Positions 12,743-26,877 of a stretch of DNA of 64,000 nucleotides are shown here, one piece after another. The DNA is from Adineta vaga (Eukaryota; Animalia; Rotifera). The stretch is taken from the NCBI GenBank assembly GCA_021613535.1, contig CP075496.1, positions 6,014,001-6,078,000 of the forward strand, written 5' to 3'. The position numbers and the translations under genes are program-made. A model generated the notes under the pieces. The model did not search any database. It saw nothing but the letters and a program-made list of their open reading frames with translations, and had not been told where the DNA came from. Each line of letters opens with the position of its first letter. Position 1 is the stretch's first letter.

Positions 12743-15732
12743 TCAAGTATTTCTATACATTTTATCAATACGATAATCAGTAAAAAATGCCCAAAGAAAT
12801 GTACTTAATGCTAAAATAATGATAGCATTTATATTACATATACGTTTCCAAAAGAGATTTTCAGACACTAATGGTGGCATTGTAGGTATAACAGCTCCTG
12901 TGTTATGATCTTCAGCTTGATGTTCAACGCCGCAAATCCAAGACAGAATAATTTTCGAATAATATTTCACATTTTTATTCGATGGATCTAAGTATGAAAG
13001 TATTTATTTTCAGTAAAATCAATGTATTATTTTATACCAGCATAAAACAATCCATATTTTCTTAAAGCAGCTGTGGATTCTGCACGTGATATGGGATGAA
13101 TTGGTGATTTTCGTCGAATGTCATTATCTTCAAAGGCTGTATCTGCTTTATGCCATCGACCTGGTTTAGTTGGAATTGGTGTTGGCTTAAGTGGATTATC
13201 CAAATCGAAGACATTTAAACCGTGTAACTAAAATACACATATGAAGATTGTTTTTTTTTCTCTACGATTAAACAATGTTAATTACACATTGTTCTGGAAT
13301 TGGTCGTGTTAGAAGACTTATGATAATAGTAACTAAACAAGTTAATACAAAAAGTAAAAGTGCAAAATTGAGAAAATGAAATTTTATCGCTTCTGGACGT
13401 TGATCTGTCACTGATAATTGACATGGTGGTATTGAATATGAAAATTCCCATATAAATCTAATTAAACCAATTACTAACCCACATATCAAACCCCAAAAAG
13501 CACCCTAAGTATGATTGTTCAAATAGTGATTTTTCTCTCGAAAGAAAGGCAATTACTTCTTCATTGATTCTTTTCCAAAGGATAGCTAATATATAAATTG
13601 CACAGATTGGTGGTGCCAAAAAACTTGTTACCGTTCTAAATAGATTCAATTGAATGGAAATCATCTTTTTTTCATAGTATTTTCTTACTGCATATATTCA
13701 AACAATTTTCCGCCTTGTGCTGCTGATAAGATAGGTATCCAAAGAATTGAAATACCAACCAATATCAATGTAAAAATTCTAACAAAAAAAGAGTTTTCTT
13801 TTGTTGCTTTTCTTTTCATTCTCAAACATGTTTACCTTCCAACAATCAATAATTCCCATTGTGGCGCTTTTGAACGAAATCGTTGCCATATATCAATGGT
13901 AAATATTGTCGCAGAAGAATTAAATATTGATGTCAATGAAGACATCAATGCTGCAATCATACAAGCAAGCATTAACCCACGTAAACCATTTGGCATTAAT
14001 TCAATAACAATCAAGGGATAGGCAATATCGGCACAAGATGCTTCATTTCCACATATTTCTTTACACGTTTGAGGAGTCGAACAACCAATTTTATCTAACA
14101 GAAAAAAATCGACAATCAATCAAATCATTTTGTTTTTATTCATATCGACAAGTATTCGTTCACCTTGAAAAAGTATACGTGCAGCCATACCAGGTATAAC
14201 CATCAAGAATAACGGTAAATATTTCAAATAACTTGCTACGATACAACCCGCTTGTGCATGTGTTAAATTTTTAGCAGCAAGTGCTCGTTGAACGATCACC
14301 TAGATAATTCGAATTATCACTAAAACAATCTTTATTCATACTCACTTGATCACTAAAATGATAATCAATAATGATTTATGCATCATGTTTGCCTCTTTCT
14401 CTCTTTTTCGATCGCTTACCTACACCAATACCAAATACTTAGAAGAGTCATACCAATTAATCCGATCCAAGGTGGCCCATTCGCTGAATCAAGTGGTCGA
14501 ATAAGACTAAAATAATCTTCTGGAGGTAAACCACAATTAGTATCATTAAATAAGGTTGTTTCAGCAACAGCGTATGGATAAAGCTCTTTAATTAATTGTA
14601 AACCACCGACTTTAATGTAACAAATAATCATTAGAATAAATGCAGATATCACCATAATAATTGTTTGAACAAAGTCTGTCCAAATAACAGCTGATAATCC
14701 ACCTGAAAGAATTCTTAAAATCGTCTAAAATAGTATTCTTCTCATCTATCTTACCACCAATCGTAAACACAGCAGCAAGAGCAACAAGAACTATGACAGA
14801 TACGTACATATTCCAACCAAGAGCTTGTTTAAGAAAAATTGCACCAGAATAAAGATCAACAGATATTTTGGTAAATATTGAAAGTATCAATGCAAGAATA
14901 GTTAGATAGAAACGTATGCGATCTCCACCAAACCTTTTCTTTAGAAATTCTGGCATCGTATAAACCTAATACAGTAAAATTATAGTTAGATGAATATCAC
15001 TGATGTATTGCGAGATAGAATAATTCACTTACGTCAGCTTTCGTATAAACAGGTAAAAATATCCAACCAAGAATTATCAATACATATCCTGCCTAAATGA
15101 AATGAAATATATAATTACTAGATTTATTTGCTTTTCAATTTTTATTATACATTTAATTCGTAACCAGCCATACCAATACCATTACTTGCACCACTCCCTA
15201 ATCAATTTTCAATAAAAATACATTTCCTTTTGAATGAATATACAATACCTGCAAGACCAATAAAATGACCACTACCAATATTACTAGCAAATAATGATGC
15301 TCCAACCTGAAATATGAATTGTGAATTTTTCGTAAAATAAAATAAGTTTCCTCTTCTTCTTCATCTTACAGGCAAGAATGTCATCGTACGACCGGCCAGA
15401 AAATAACCACCTAAACAATTTGAGTTTTATAATAAACTGAATAAATACTTTTATACTATTCGATACATACCAACACTGCCACGATTTTTGCATGAAGACT
15501 AGAATATATCAATAATCGTTTATGATCATCAAAATAAAAATCATCAAATTCATGCTATCGATTAGTGAATTTCTAATTCCGATAAACATCGATCAGTACA
15601 TGATTGATATCTTTTTCAAACATTGATACTTCTACTCACCCAAATCCCGAAACCAATAACTACTGCAAAATATGCAACTAGTACTAAAATGTCAGCCCAA
15701 TGTAACGAAAATGTAGTGATTGCATTTGCCAT
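12743..15732 (-). CDS. SLC5 sodium/glucose or myo-inositol cotransporter
   Basis: [15 protein letters not shown]; [15 protein letters not shown]; [16 protein letters not shown]; [21 protein letters not shown]; [17 protein letters not shown]. Confidence 0.93.
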
Positions 15733-16054
15733 CGTGATACGTTGCTGAACTTAATATTTCATATGTTCTTTCGGTTTTCGTCCTGTATCTATTCTCTCTG
15801 TACTCTGAATATTTTATATCCGAAATTTTCGTTAAGCTTATCAACTAAGCAATAATACTAACAACCAATTGTAATATTTCTTGAAAAAATAAGTTACATA
15901 CTTCATCTACTTTTTTCATTCTACTTTCAAAGTCATAATTGTGTTCTTATCTTTCTACTTTTATTGTCGAATAAAGAAGAAAAACCTTTACATTATATAC
16001 AATGGAGAAAAAAAAAGAACAAAATTATACTCTGATACATATCTCTAATCAGTA

Positions 16055-17048
16055 TTAATCGACTAATTCACGTTTGATATTTTCATGTGCTGAGGTATTC
16101 AATGAATTATTTGACGAACTATGATTCTCTCTTGATCGTTGTCGAGCACGTTTGATATTCTCTTGTGTAATACGAAGACGTTCAGTTAAATCTTGAATTT
16201 CATTTCGAACACGTTGACGAGCTTGTTTTATTCTTGTAATAGTATCTGTCTTTTTTGTTGCATCTAAAAGAAATATTTGACAAATTTTCTAAACTATCAC
16301 TTTATTTTTTATATATCATACATTCTTTTTCAGTTGCAAGATTTTCATCGGTGGGTGGTGCCAATGATTTTGCACAATTGAGTAGACGAACTAATAGATC
16401 TGATGGTTCTTGAAAGATCTATTAAATTTCTATCATAGAATAATCAATGTACACAAGAAAAGATGATAGCTTTACTAGTTCATCATAATTTTCATTGACT
16501 AGGGCTTTTGTACCAGCAATAACATCGGGATTTGTTGAAAATAGTTTTAAATGATGATAAAATGCTACCTAAATCATATTTATAAACATCTTCTCATTAA
16601 ATTTATCTATAAACTCTTACTGGTTTTTCATTTGGATCTGCGAAAAAGATCGTAACTTGTATTTCAAATTCTCCCCAACCACTTTCTTCAACTTCAAATG
16701 GTGCTTGTGATATAACTAAACAAATGATTCATTAATAAAATCAAAATATATCGATTCTTTACCTCTAACATGATTTGGATATGTTTCATGTAAACGAAAT
16801 TGTACTTTACTTATATAAGCTGATATATCATCATTATTAAATGATCGAACATAGATTGTCCATCTATGTGTATGTCCATCTGCATCTCGTTTCGTACCGA
16901 GATGTTTTGCAGTATTTCCATAAAGAATAGGCTTGATAATTACAACTGGTGTTCGCTAAAATAAAATGTCATTTTTAAAAAAGAAACAATTTTTTTCTTT
17001 CAATATTACAATCGGTGTTGTTATTGATTCTAAATTTATTCCTGACAT
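16055..17048 (-). CDS. YEATS4: YEATS domain protein (GAS41/Yaf9) with C-terminal coiled coil
   Basis: [14 protein letters not shown]...[11 protein letters not shown]...[10 protein letters not shown]...PFEVEEVGWGEFEI...YDELIFQEP. Confidence 0.9.
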
Positions 17049-17362
17049 CTAGAAGTCATAAAAATCAAATACGGAATGTATAATAATAATAATAACTTGG
17101 TCAAATAATGCAAATGAGTATTATCAATCATGTACAAAAATAAAGAGAAAATTAATCTGTGTAGAAGTGAACATTCAAAGAAAAAGGAAAATAAACCCAG
17201 TTCAAAATATGGAAAAAAGCAAAAGAAAAAACACAACATGGTCTAGATCATAGAATGCATCAAAGCAAAAGAAAACAATACAGAATGAATACACGTATAA
17301 TGAAGAAAACAAAAGCAAGATATAGGTCACTGTGAATAAATATTTTGTCAATAGTAAGATGA

Positions 17363-20300
17363 TCATTTGCCAACCAATTCAACGTAATTCGATGGTACAA
17401 CGCCTAGAAAAAAGAGGAAATGAAAGGTTTTAGAATTGTTCCATTTAGAAGTAGAATAACATACCTAGTTTGCCATCGAATTCAGCTTTCCACCAAGTTT
17501 CATCTGAAATGAAATGACGTCATTAGAAGTGAAATTTCGTCATTGAATAAAATCTTACCACTATCATCAACTAGTATAAGTTCATTATCAGCTACAAAGG
17601 AAAGTTCATCAGCTGATCGTGCTTGAAAATCATATAAAGCACGAAGTTTCTTTTTGTTGGGTTTTGCTGCTGATGGTCGAGGTGGTTTCATTGGAGGTTT
17701 TCGAGGTGCATTATTTTGTGGTTTGAATTGTAATCCACTTGGTTTCTCAGCATTCGATTGATTAGGTCCTAAGAAGAAGAATTATTGGAATTAAAATCAA
17801 GATGACTTTTTAGATGTTTTACTAGATTGTTTGGTTAAACCACTTGAAATCATAACTGTCATCGCATTACGAGTGATTTTCATTTCATAATCGCGTGGCA
17901 TATCAACACCTTTACGTAGTTTTGTTGCATCAATTTGATTCTAGAAGGAAAAAAAAAACAAGATATATCTCACTCTATTTTCAAACGTATCAAAAGCTTC
18001 AGGTCAACACGCTCTGTATATTATATTATTTTCAAATAAGATTACAAATTATGGGATGCACTATCTTACCACTGGAGTACTCGTAGTTGCATGAGCAAAT
18101 TTGACACCACGTGTACCACCGCCGACCCAACTTTGTTTTTTAACTGTATATTCAAAACTAAAGTAGAAAAATAATCATGCCTTTCTTTGTATTCATTGAA
18201 CAAAACACTTTACCCTTGTCCAAATGTAATCAACAATGCACGATTCATTTTCTTCTGATAATTTTTTGCAATAGTCGAAACTGCTTCTGTTTTACTTGAT
18301 AATTCCAATAATGTTGCATAATCATTATTCACACAAAGCAAAAAGAAATTATCACGACATTCACTAGTTAAAAGAAACATATAAAATAAAATCGCTATGT
18401 ATCTATCAAACAGATTTACCTCATTTTAATTTCATTTATATTTTCTAATGGAATACGTCGTTTCACTTTATATTCTAATGTATATCCTTCTTGTTGTTGT
18501 TGCTGTTTGCCTTTTTGTGCAGCAGAATTATTGCCTTTCCCTCCACCGCTACCAACTTTAATCTATTCAAAATTAGAATTCTTGTAAGCGAAAATAATGT
18601 TTGCTCTTTTTTTTATCACGTACACATTCTTCATCTATGATATACAAAGCTTGATTTGTACTAATAAAATATCTTCCTTGTCGACGAAAACGTCGATCAT
18701 ATTTGTATAAATATGAACTGAAGTCTGTTTTTTCATTACGTGGAATTAATCTTTGTAGATCAGGTCGTTGATGAAGATTACAATAATCTCCAACATAATC
18801 ACGATCAAGTGAACGTGCATTTCGTTCTTTTCTTCCATATAAAATATCAGTAGCTAAGCAAAGAACAATACAACAAACATATTCGAAAGAACTTTATGTT
18901 TACCTTGTTCACGTTGTTTTTGATAAACACGAACTGCACAAAAACGTTTCATTGCTTTTTGAATAATACGTGCATAATTATCAAATTTTCGTAAACGCAT
19001 ATCTTCAAGTAAATGCAACTAAGAAAAGAAAAACAAATAGATTATATTATAAAATCAATTAAAACTTACACTTTCTGGTGATTTAATAAACACTTTTGTA
19101 TTTCCCAACTGTACTTCTCGTCTATCAAGATGCATTGCATCGACAATATGCATAACACCATCTGTCACACCTCGATTCCATTTTGGCCATGTTTCTTTTG
19201 TTAATATAGCATATCTTATAAATTAAAAATCAAATTGATTTATCGAATGAAAAATATTCATTTTACCGGCTTAAGAATTTTGCAAATTCACGACGATAAA
19301 CAAAGCCAGCTTTTCGAACTTCAATATTAGCGACAAGTCCTAAATATTTAACTTGTTCGACAACCCTAAAAATATTTCATTTCTAAATCATTTTCAATCC
19401 ATAATCAATATTCTACCTTGAATTATTCCATTCTCCGGGTGCTTGATTTTCATTCGGTTTGATACATCGAACGTCTAGAAATAAAATAAACTTATCTATT
19501 TACGAAACAATCGAATTGAACAGTTCATTTACAAAGAATAACACTAACAATGAAGTATCTAATCTTATCAACGAATCTATTCTCAATATATTCTTCTAGT
19601 TTCTCATTTCTATATCTAGAACATACAATGTGGTTGACAGGTCATTAGTTTTTCAACAAGTGCATTTGCTTGTGTACGAATCTTTGTTCCAACTGTTGTC
19701 GGTCGAGCTTTCATTGTTGCTGTTTGTTCTGGAAAAAGTCGTGCCACAAATGGTCTAGTGAAGAAATTCGATGAAAAGATTTTTCAAACAAATCTCTTCA
19801 CTTACATGCTACTCGATTGCATCATTTCAATCAAATCAATATTTAAAATATCACGATTCTTTTCACAAAATTGATCTGAATGATAAATGACTGCACCTGC
19901 ATAATGTTTTACAGTAAATGTAGGCGGAGAAACAATTAAATGTTGATTTGATAAACTACTTAATTTCTAAAAGAAAATATGTTGAATAGAAAACAAACGA
20001 ATATTTTCATCTTGAAGAAGAAAATCTTACATGTAAATAACTTTTATCGACTTTTTCAGTAGTCGCATGTGCACTTGCACATATATCATCAAGTAAATAA
20101 AACATTCCTGGTGGTTGTTTAGCTTCAAATAAATCACAAACGACAATATTATTGAAAAATGATATCGGTGTCCATTGAATATTTTCACGTTTATATTCTT
20201 CCTAAAGAAAACAATCTGTAAACACATACATATTGTAATTGAGAACAAACTTGTTCTTTTTTTAATGTTAATTCAATGAAAATTTGTTGTAATTTCTCAT

Positions 20301-22177
20301 TAACATAATTGATACAAAATTGTTCAAAACTATTTCGTTCAAAGATTTCAAAACCATAGATATCAAGAATACCAATAGATAAATCGCAACGTGCTGTTGT
20401 TTGAAATGCTGAATTGATTGCCTAAATAATCAAAGATATATAAGCAAACGAATCAATTTGAAGTTTTACTTGAATCAAATGATCAAAAATACGAGAATAT
20501 ATTGATTTTGCTAATGCATCACGTGTAAAGATTGCTTTATCAACTGTAAATGTTTGATCAACTTGTTTATTTTCTTGATGTTCTTTAAATTCTAGTCGTT
20601 TGGATATTAATTTTGTTTTTAAATATTCAATTTGAATACCAAAATAAGCACAAGGTGCTTGTAAATCTGAAATAAATTTCATAGAAATAGATTAAAAAAA
20701 TGAAATCAAACCTCGTTCGGAAAGAACAGTTGCATAATTATTTTTATCTCCGAATTGAACATTGCCGAGATGAAGTATACCAGCAAGTAAACTGAATATA
20801 TTATGTTGTATATCTTTCGAAAGACCAATTATATCCATTGCATGCTAAATAAAATCAAATCATTATTAATAATATTAATAAATCATGAACAAATCTTACC
20901 TGTGTATCATGCATTTCTTTAACATCATCAATTTTCGCTACGCGAATCGCATCTGCATGATTAATATATTGAAAACGAAGTTCATGAGATAATGAATATT
21001 GTTCTAATGAATAAGTGAAAATAATTTTATAGTACTAAATAAGATAACATACGACAAAATTCTCTATTTGACAATAATTGATAAAAGATATGAAAATTTC
21101 GCTCATTCTCAGCTTGACCCACAACACGTGACTAGAATAAAATCAAACGAATAAAAATCAATATTTTCACAAGTAAATAATCTCAAATAGGAATGGCAAA
21201 GACAACATTCGTGCAAGAAATGCAAACCTTCTCGTATCTTATCATTGCTATAAACAAATTAGTGCAAAAGATATTTTCGTGAGATAAAATTCTTTGATTT
21301 ACTTACTTTTTCCAAAAGAAAATTGGAAATAACACCACCTATAGGTTCGCCACCACGTGAAAATTGAATTTCCACATATTTACCCTATAATAAAAAAATC
21401 AAAATCAATACATCGACTTTCTCATCTCACGCTTAGTTTTCACATACAAATCGACTTGAATTATCATTTCGAATAGTTTTCGCATTACCAAAAGCTTCTA
21501 ATAACGGATTCGATTGTATAATTACATCTTTTATACGTTGAACATTTGGACCACCACCTGATACCTTTACAGAAATTTTCAAGTGTCTTGCATTGAATTT
21601 CATACAAATTCGTATCTTACTTCAGCAATATATGACATAATAAATTTTGCACTAACAGTTTTTCCTGCACCTGATTCTCCACTGATAATAACACATTGTT
21701 TTTCTGAATCAATTAACATATTACTAAACATATCTTCAGCAACAGCAAATATATGTGGAGCATTGTCCATTTGAGTCTATTGAATATGAAAATGAAGATT
21801 TCCATTTTCGACAAGATAAGAAAAACTACTTACTGCTCCTCGATACTTTTCCATATGACTTTCTTTCGTATATTCAACACTTCTATATGGATTAATCGCG
21901 ATCAATACAGGTCCGATGTAAGTCTATTCGAAAAAGATGAAAAGAAGTGTTTATGTTTGAAAAGAAATTCTTAGATTATTACATAAATATAATTGACCTC
22001 AAAACGAATTTTGAGATTGTTACTGATTTCTGCATCGGTATTTTTAGACATGAAAACCTGAATGAAAAAATGAAATAAAGTAATATGTTAATTTTCAAAT
22101 AGACTTGTATTTACCATGTCATCTATGCCAGCTCGTCGTTCTCGATCTCGACTAAAATCGTATTTAGCTCCTAACAT
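17363..22177 (-). CDS. MYO1E: Long-tailed class I myosin (Myo1E/F type: motor, IQ, TH1, SH3)
   Basis: GESGAGKT; [20 protein letters not shown]; LDIYGFE; TH1 region; C-terminal SH3 [15 protein letters not shown]...WW...VPSNYV. Confidence 0.92.
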
Positions 22178-23262
22178 AATTGGTTTTTAATAGTGAAGAG
22201 AAAAGAAATGAGACATGAAGTCGATTGAATAAGAAAGGAGAAGAAGAAACAAGTCTCTAAACAAAACAATATAAGAATGAATCAGAATTTGCAAAGATTA
22301 AAACAGATTGTTATTCATTTGTCATAGCATAGTCTCGTCAACTTAGTAAATAAAACCTGACAATTCGTTCGTTCTTCCTTTTTGTTCGCTGCTTAACCTG
22401 TATGTATATAATCATGAATCATTATTAAATTGAATGAATTGAAAAAAATATTATTGGTTAAAACTACATTTCGAATAAAATCACATTTCAATAGATGACA
22501 CGAGATGTTTGCAAGGTATGCTTTTAACTTACATGATGAATCTTATTTAAATAACGTATCGAATTAATAGACACTTCTCAGTGTGAAAAATTATTCATAA
22601 ATATAATTGAAGGTAAACATTTGATTATTGATCGAACTTTGAGTTTTGATAAAAAGTATCAGTTTTGTCATTGAGAATGATGTTTATTTGTACTCAATAT
22701 TATTAATCTTCGAAGTTCAACTATTCGATTCAAATGAAAATCAAGTAGATATAAGTAGCCGCCCATTGTATTTTATTTTTCACACACAAAGAAAAAAAAC
22801 GAAATATTGCGCTCGATACAATGAAAAAAAAAACACATCCACAATTCATGAAAAGAAAAACTCCGTTGGTCATATTGAGATGTTGAGAAAATTTTTGCGA
22901 ATACAAAGTGATATCATTGGTGTTAAAAATTGGATTATTTGGTGGTGATGATGATGGCCCAAATGGAATGATTAATTCATATGCTTGCAGACACATTTGT
23001 TTTCTATGAAATCGGCACTTGTTTGAAAAACGCTGTTGATCATTAGGTAAAAATAGATAGATGTGTGTGTAGAGATATGTGTGTGTGTGATAAATAGTTA
23101 GAAAAAAGAAGAATGAAACTGAGTAGAAAAATCTTGGTGTTTTAGAGAAAAAAAAATTATGTGAAAGAAAAAAGGCCCGTAGAGTTCAATTAGAATAAAA
23201 ATAATAACAGCGACGATAAATCGACGACTCAAAATAAAACATAAAAAATAGGAGAAAATTGT

Positions 23263-23725
23263 TTATGATGATCGTTGCAATTTATGATAGACGGCAAAGC
23301 ATAAAGCAGCTAATAAGATAGCCATATTTACGTAAAGGCCGGATACACCACTGTTAGCGTCTCTCAATGCTCGATAAATATCTCCTAAAAACCAGCAACA
23401 GAAAGGCATTATTATAAAGATATTCTTGTTCAAAGAGGAAAATCAAACTTACCGAGATAAGCTGTTACTGCGATGAATGTTGCAAAAAGACCAAGTAAAC
23501 CGAGTGTTGCTAAGCACAGTAAACACAAGAGTAAACCAGCTAAGCCTCCTAGTAGACCAGCACCACCGCGTCTTGGTGGTGGCCTAAGAAAAAGAATGTC
23601 AATGGTATAAAATTTCCATTTTATTTTGAAAAAAGAAACAAGACTTACGCGACTGGATATCGTCGACCAGGTCGTGCAGTATAACGAAATCCCGAACGTC
23701 GGACGGGCACTCGAACTCGGGGCAT
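23263..23725 (-). CDS. Small (~110 aa) Arg/Pro-rich protein with two hydrophobic segments, paralog A; 3 exons
   Basis: Spliced ORF with GTAAGT donors: MPRVRVPVRRSGFRYTARPGRRYPVAPPPRRGGAGLLGGLAGLLLCLLCLATLGLLGLFATFIAVTAYLGDIYRALRDANSGVSGLYVNMAILLAALCFAVYHKLQRSS. Confidence 0.8.
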
Positions 23726-24964
23726 GTTAAGAGTTTACTAGAAAATAAAAGAAACTATTGATAATAATAACATAACATAATCAGCTTGATTGAGAACGAC
23801 TGAAAATTTATTCTCAAGGTTCGTTTTCTAGTATTCCTAAGCAGCCATTTGATTTACTCAAGATATCAATGATAGTGTTAAGCTCACTAGTGAAGAATTT
23901 TGTTAAATGCTAAGAAAATCGTGGAGAAGAAATAGGCGACAGATAGATCAATTAGAAGGAACTTTTCTGGACAATACAGACATGTATACAGAACAGTGAT
24001 CGCAACAACAGAAGAGAGAGAGAGGAAGAAAAAGATAGGTTTCGGACCAATAAAGAAAATTACTTCGTCAACCAATACAAAAAGTAAATTACAAAACTCG
24101 CTATGTATTCAAAAGAAAAAGGATGAGGTTTGCAGCTCAAGGTTGTACATAGAGACAACGAGAGAGTGAGAGAGAGAATGTGTAGGTGAAACATTGCTTT
24201 TTCTTACATTTTGTGAAAAAAAAAGGATATCGTCAATGTTTATCATACCTATTGATGTATGAATATTGCGTAGGTTGAAGAAGAGAAAAGAAGAGAAAGA
24301 AAGATAGGCAATGAAATAAAAAGAAACGGCAGGTGATCAATGAAGTGAAACGTTCCTGACTGCCTGCCTGTGCATGCTAATGATGACGGTTTTTTCTCTC
24401 GATCATGTATCAATACCTACGCATCATGAGACGAAAATATGTTGTCGATAGGCTAGTCCGTACATTCATATACTTTTTTCTCATCCTTTTTCTCTAATAA
24501 CCTTCTACCTAGGAAAAAAGATTCTCGTCTTTTCTTACTATTACTACGAGTGAAATTCAACCGTACAACGCATTCTATTCTTGTTACTAATAAGAAAATT
24601 TCATTTGATCGTTACGCGTTAAGTATTGTTACAGAAAAAGATCTTTCTCTGTAGCTATGATAGGAAAGAGAAACTATAGAAAAAAGTAAAGGACAGATAT
24701 GCATTTTCTCTCTTTTAGTGCTAACTTGTACACCATGACAAACTATATGTATGATTCAAGTGCAAAATGACAATGAAGACTGTGAAGTCATGCGTAGCGC
24801 AGCCAGCTAGGAAGAGAAAAGTAATGAAGTAATATAATATACGTTTATCGACAAAAAAAAAATTTGTGGGTAGCCTGATCATGCCGTCGGCTAAAGTCGA
24901 ATACAATGATAGGATATTTGTACATGATTATTTTTTTCTTCTTTTTTTCTTTTAGAAATATAAC

Positions 24965-25370
24965 AAACAGAGAGAGAGAGAGAGAAAGAGAGAGGGAAAG
25001 AGAGGGAGATAAAAAACAAAAAAAAAAGTTGGATTTTTTAATAAGACAATAAGATAATAACAGATGAATTAGTAAATGATAGGAGGAGGCGACTGATCAG
25101 GAAAAATGATGACGACGATAGTAATGACGATGAAGAGAGGGACAGAGAGAGGGAGAGAGAAAGAAGAGAAAAGCAGCTAATGTATCATATTGTGGTTGAT
25201 ATCCCATTTTCCATATACTCCAAACAAGCCGTCAGCGTTTCTGTCGAAAGAAGATCCCCGTACAGGTAACTGAAACGAAAAGGCAAAAGAGAAGCAGGGA
25301 GAGAGAGAAAGAGAAAGACAGGGCGAGAAAAAAAAGAGAAGGTGAATGAGAAGGGAAGAGAGAGGAAGAA
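24965..25370. repeat. GA-rich/(GA)n low-complexity tracts in the divergent promoter region
   Basis: Several (GA)n and purine runs, e.g. 24969-25008, 25135-25172 and 25290-25370. Confidence 0.7.
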
Positions 25371-25510
25371 GCTTGCTTAAAATTAAGAAAAGTTAGGACT
25401 GAACACGTGTGGACAGTTTTCTCACCATACGATATGACGAAATAAAATACTAATTACTTGTCCTTGTAAGTTTATTCATTGCTCTTTCTAGATCTTTGTG
25501 AACTAAGGTA

Positions 25511-25983
25511 ATGGACGCTGCTCGACGACCACTTCCTCCTCCTCGACCATATGGTGCTCGGTAAGTTATTTAACAAATGAATACTTTTACAAGGAATATC
25601 TATAATGAAAACATTCTAGAACTGCCATACCAAGACCAGTCTATGGAGCTAGACCTGGAATAGCACCTGCAGCTGGTGGTGCTGCTCTTGGTGGTGCTCT
25701 CGGAGCAATTGGCGGTACACTCGGTTGTCTTCTTTGTTTAGCAGCAATTGGTGCATTAGGCTTATTTTCATGTGTCGTAGCCATCACAGCCTATACAAGT
25801 AAGTTTTTGAATATTCTTTCTTTCTTTCTTTAATCCATTTCATTACTATCTTTAGAACAATTTCTCGACGAATTCAAGAGAGTAGAAGGAGTTAGCGGTG
25901 CATTTGTTCAAGCTCAAATTGGTTTTGTTCTTTTATTCACGTCATTGTTTTATACATTGATTTCTCGCATGCAACGCAACTAA
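25511..25983 (+). CDS. Small (~118 aa) Arg/Pro-rich protein with two hydrophobic segments, paralog B; 3 exons
   Basis: Spliced ORF: MDAARRPLPPPRPYGARTAIPRPVYGARPGIAPAAGGAALGGALGAIGGTLGCLLCLAAIGALGLFSCVVAITAYTKQFLDEFKRVEGVSGAFVQAQIGFVLLFTSLFYTLISRMQRN. Intron phases are the same as in paralog A. Confidence 0.8.
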
Positions 25984-26877
25984 ATTAACAACATATTAAT
26001 TTCTTCTTTAATTTTCTTTCTTATTCTTTATACATGTTTATCATCAAAACAATACACAACAGCAACAGCAGCAAAATTCGTTTTTCCTCAATTGACTTTT
26101 AACGAAATTTTTTTTATTATGTACCTCTTCAGGAAAATGAGAACATTTTTTTTTCGCGCACAATATAATGACGACGACGACGATCGACGATAATACCTAA
26201 CACCACCAATTTTTTTTTCAACACCACTACGCATTTTCTTCTCCAAAAATCTTTCTCTTTCTCTCTATCTATCTCTTTCTCTTTTTTTTTCTTTTGTGCG
26301 TATCTATCAATGTTTCTTGTTTATCTTGAATAAAGTCGTTTGCTTTTTCTTTACCTTCTATTATTCATTCATTTTATCATACTCAATGTCATAGTACATC
26401 ATATGTACATTCACAAGCGTGAGAGAGAAGACGATACTATATTTCATCGTTATAATGACGGAGAAAAAATGCAAAAGCACTCAGGCGTGACTGACTAGAT
26501 GTAATAAGCAATTTTGATATCTACATATTTTTCGTGAAGGTTACCTATTTTTTCCGTAATATAATGTTATTTGTTATGTTGTATAGAACAAGTTCATCAT
26601 AAGTTTATTCGAGAATGCAAAGAACAAAAGAAAAAACCGAAATAAAATATAAACAATATATAAGATAAGCTTTGAAAACACACAAAGAAAGAAAATTGTC
26701 TTTTAGTATCAAAGATCTCTTTCTTAATATCTCGAATAAAAGATAATTATTAAGGAAAATAAAATAACAAATAGACATAGTCGTATGTATATATGTTATC
26801 ATCGATTAACATCGTCCTAAAATCAAGAAATAATCATCAGAAGTAAATTATGGAAATGAACAAAATGATTTAACTAA

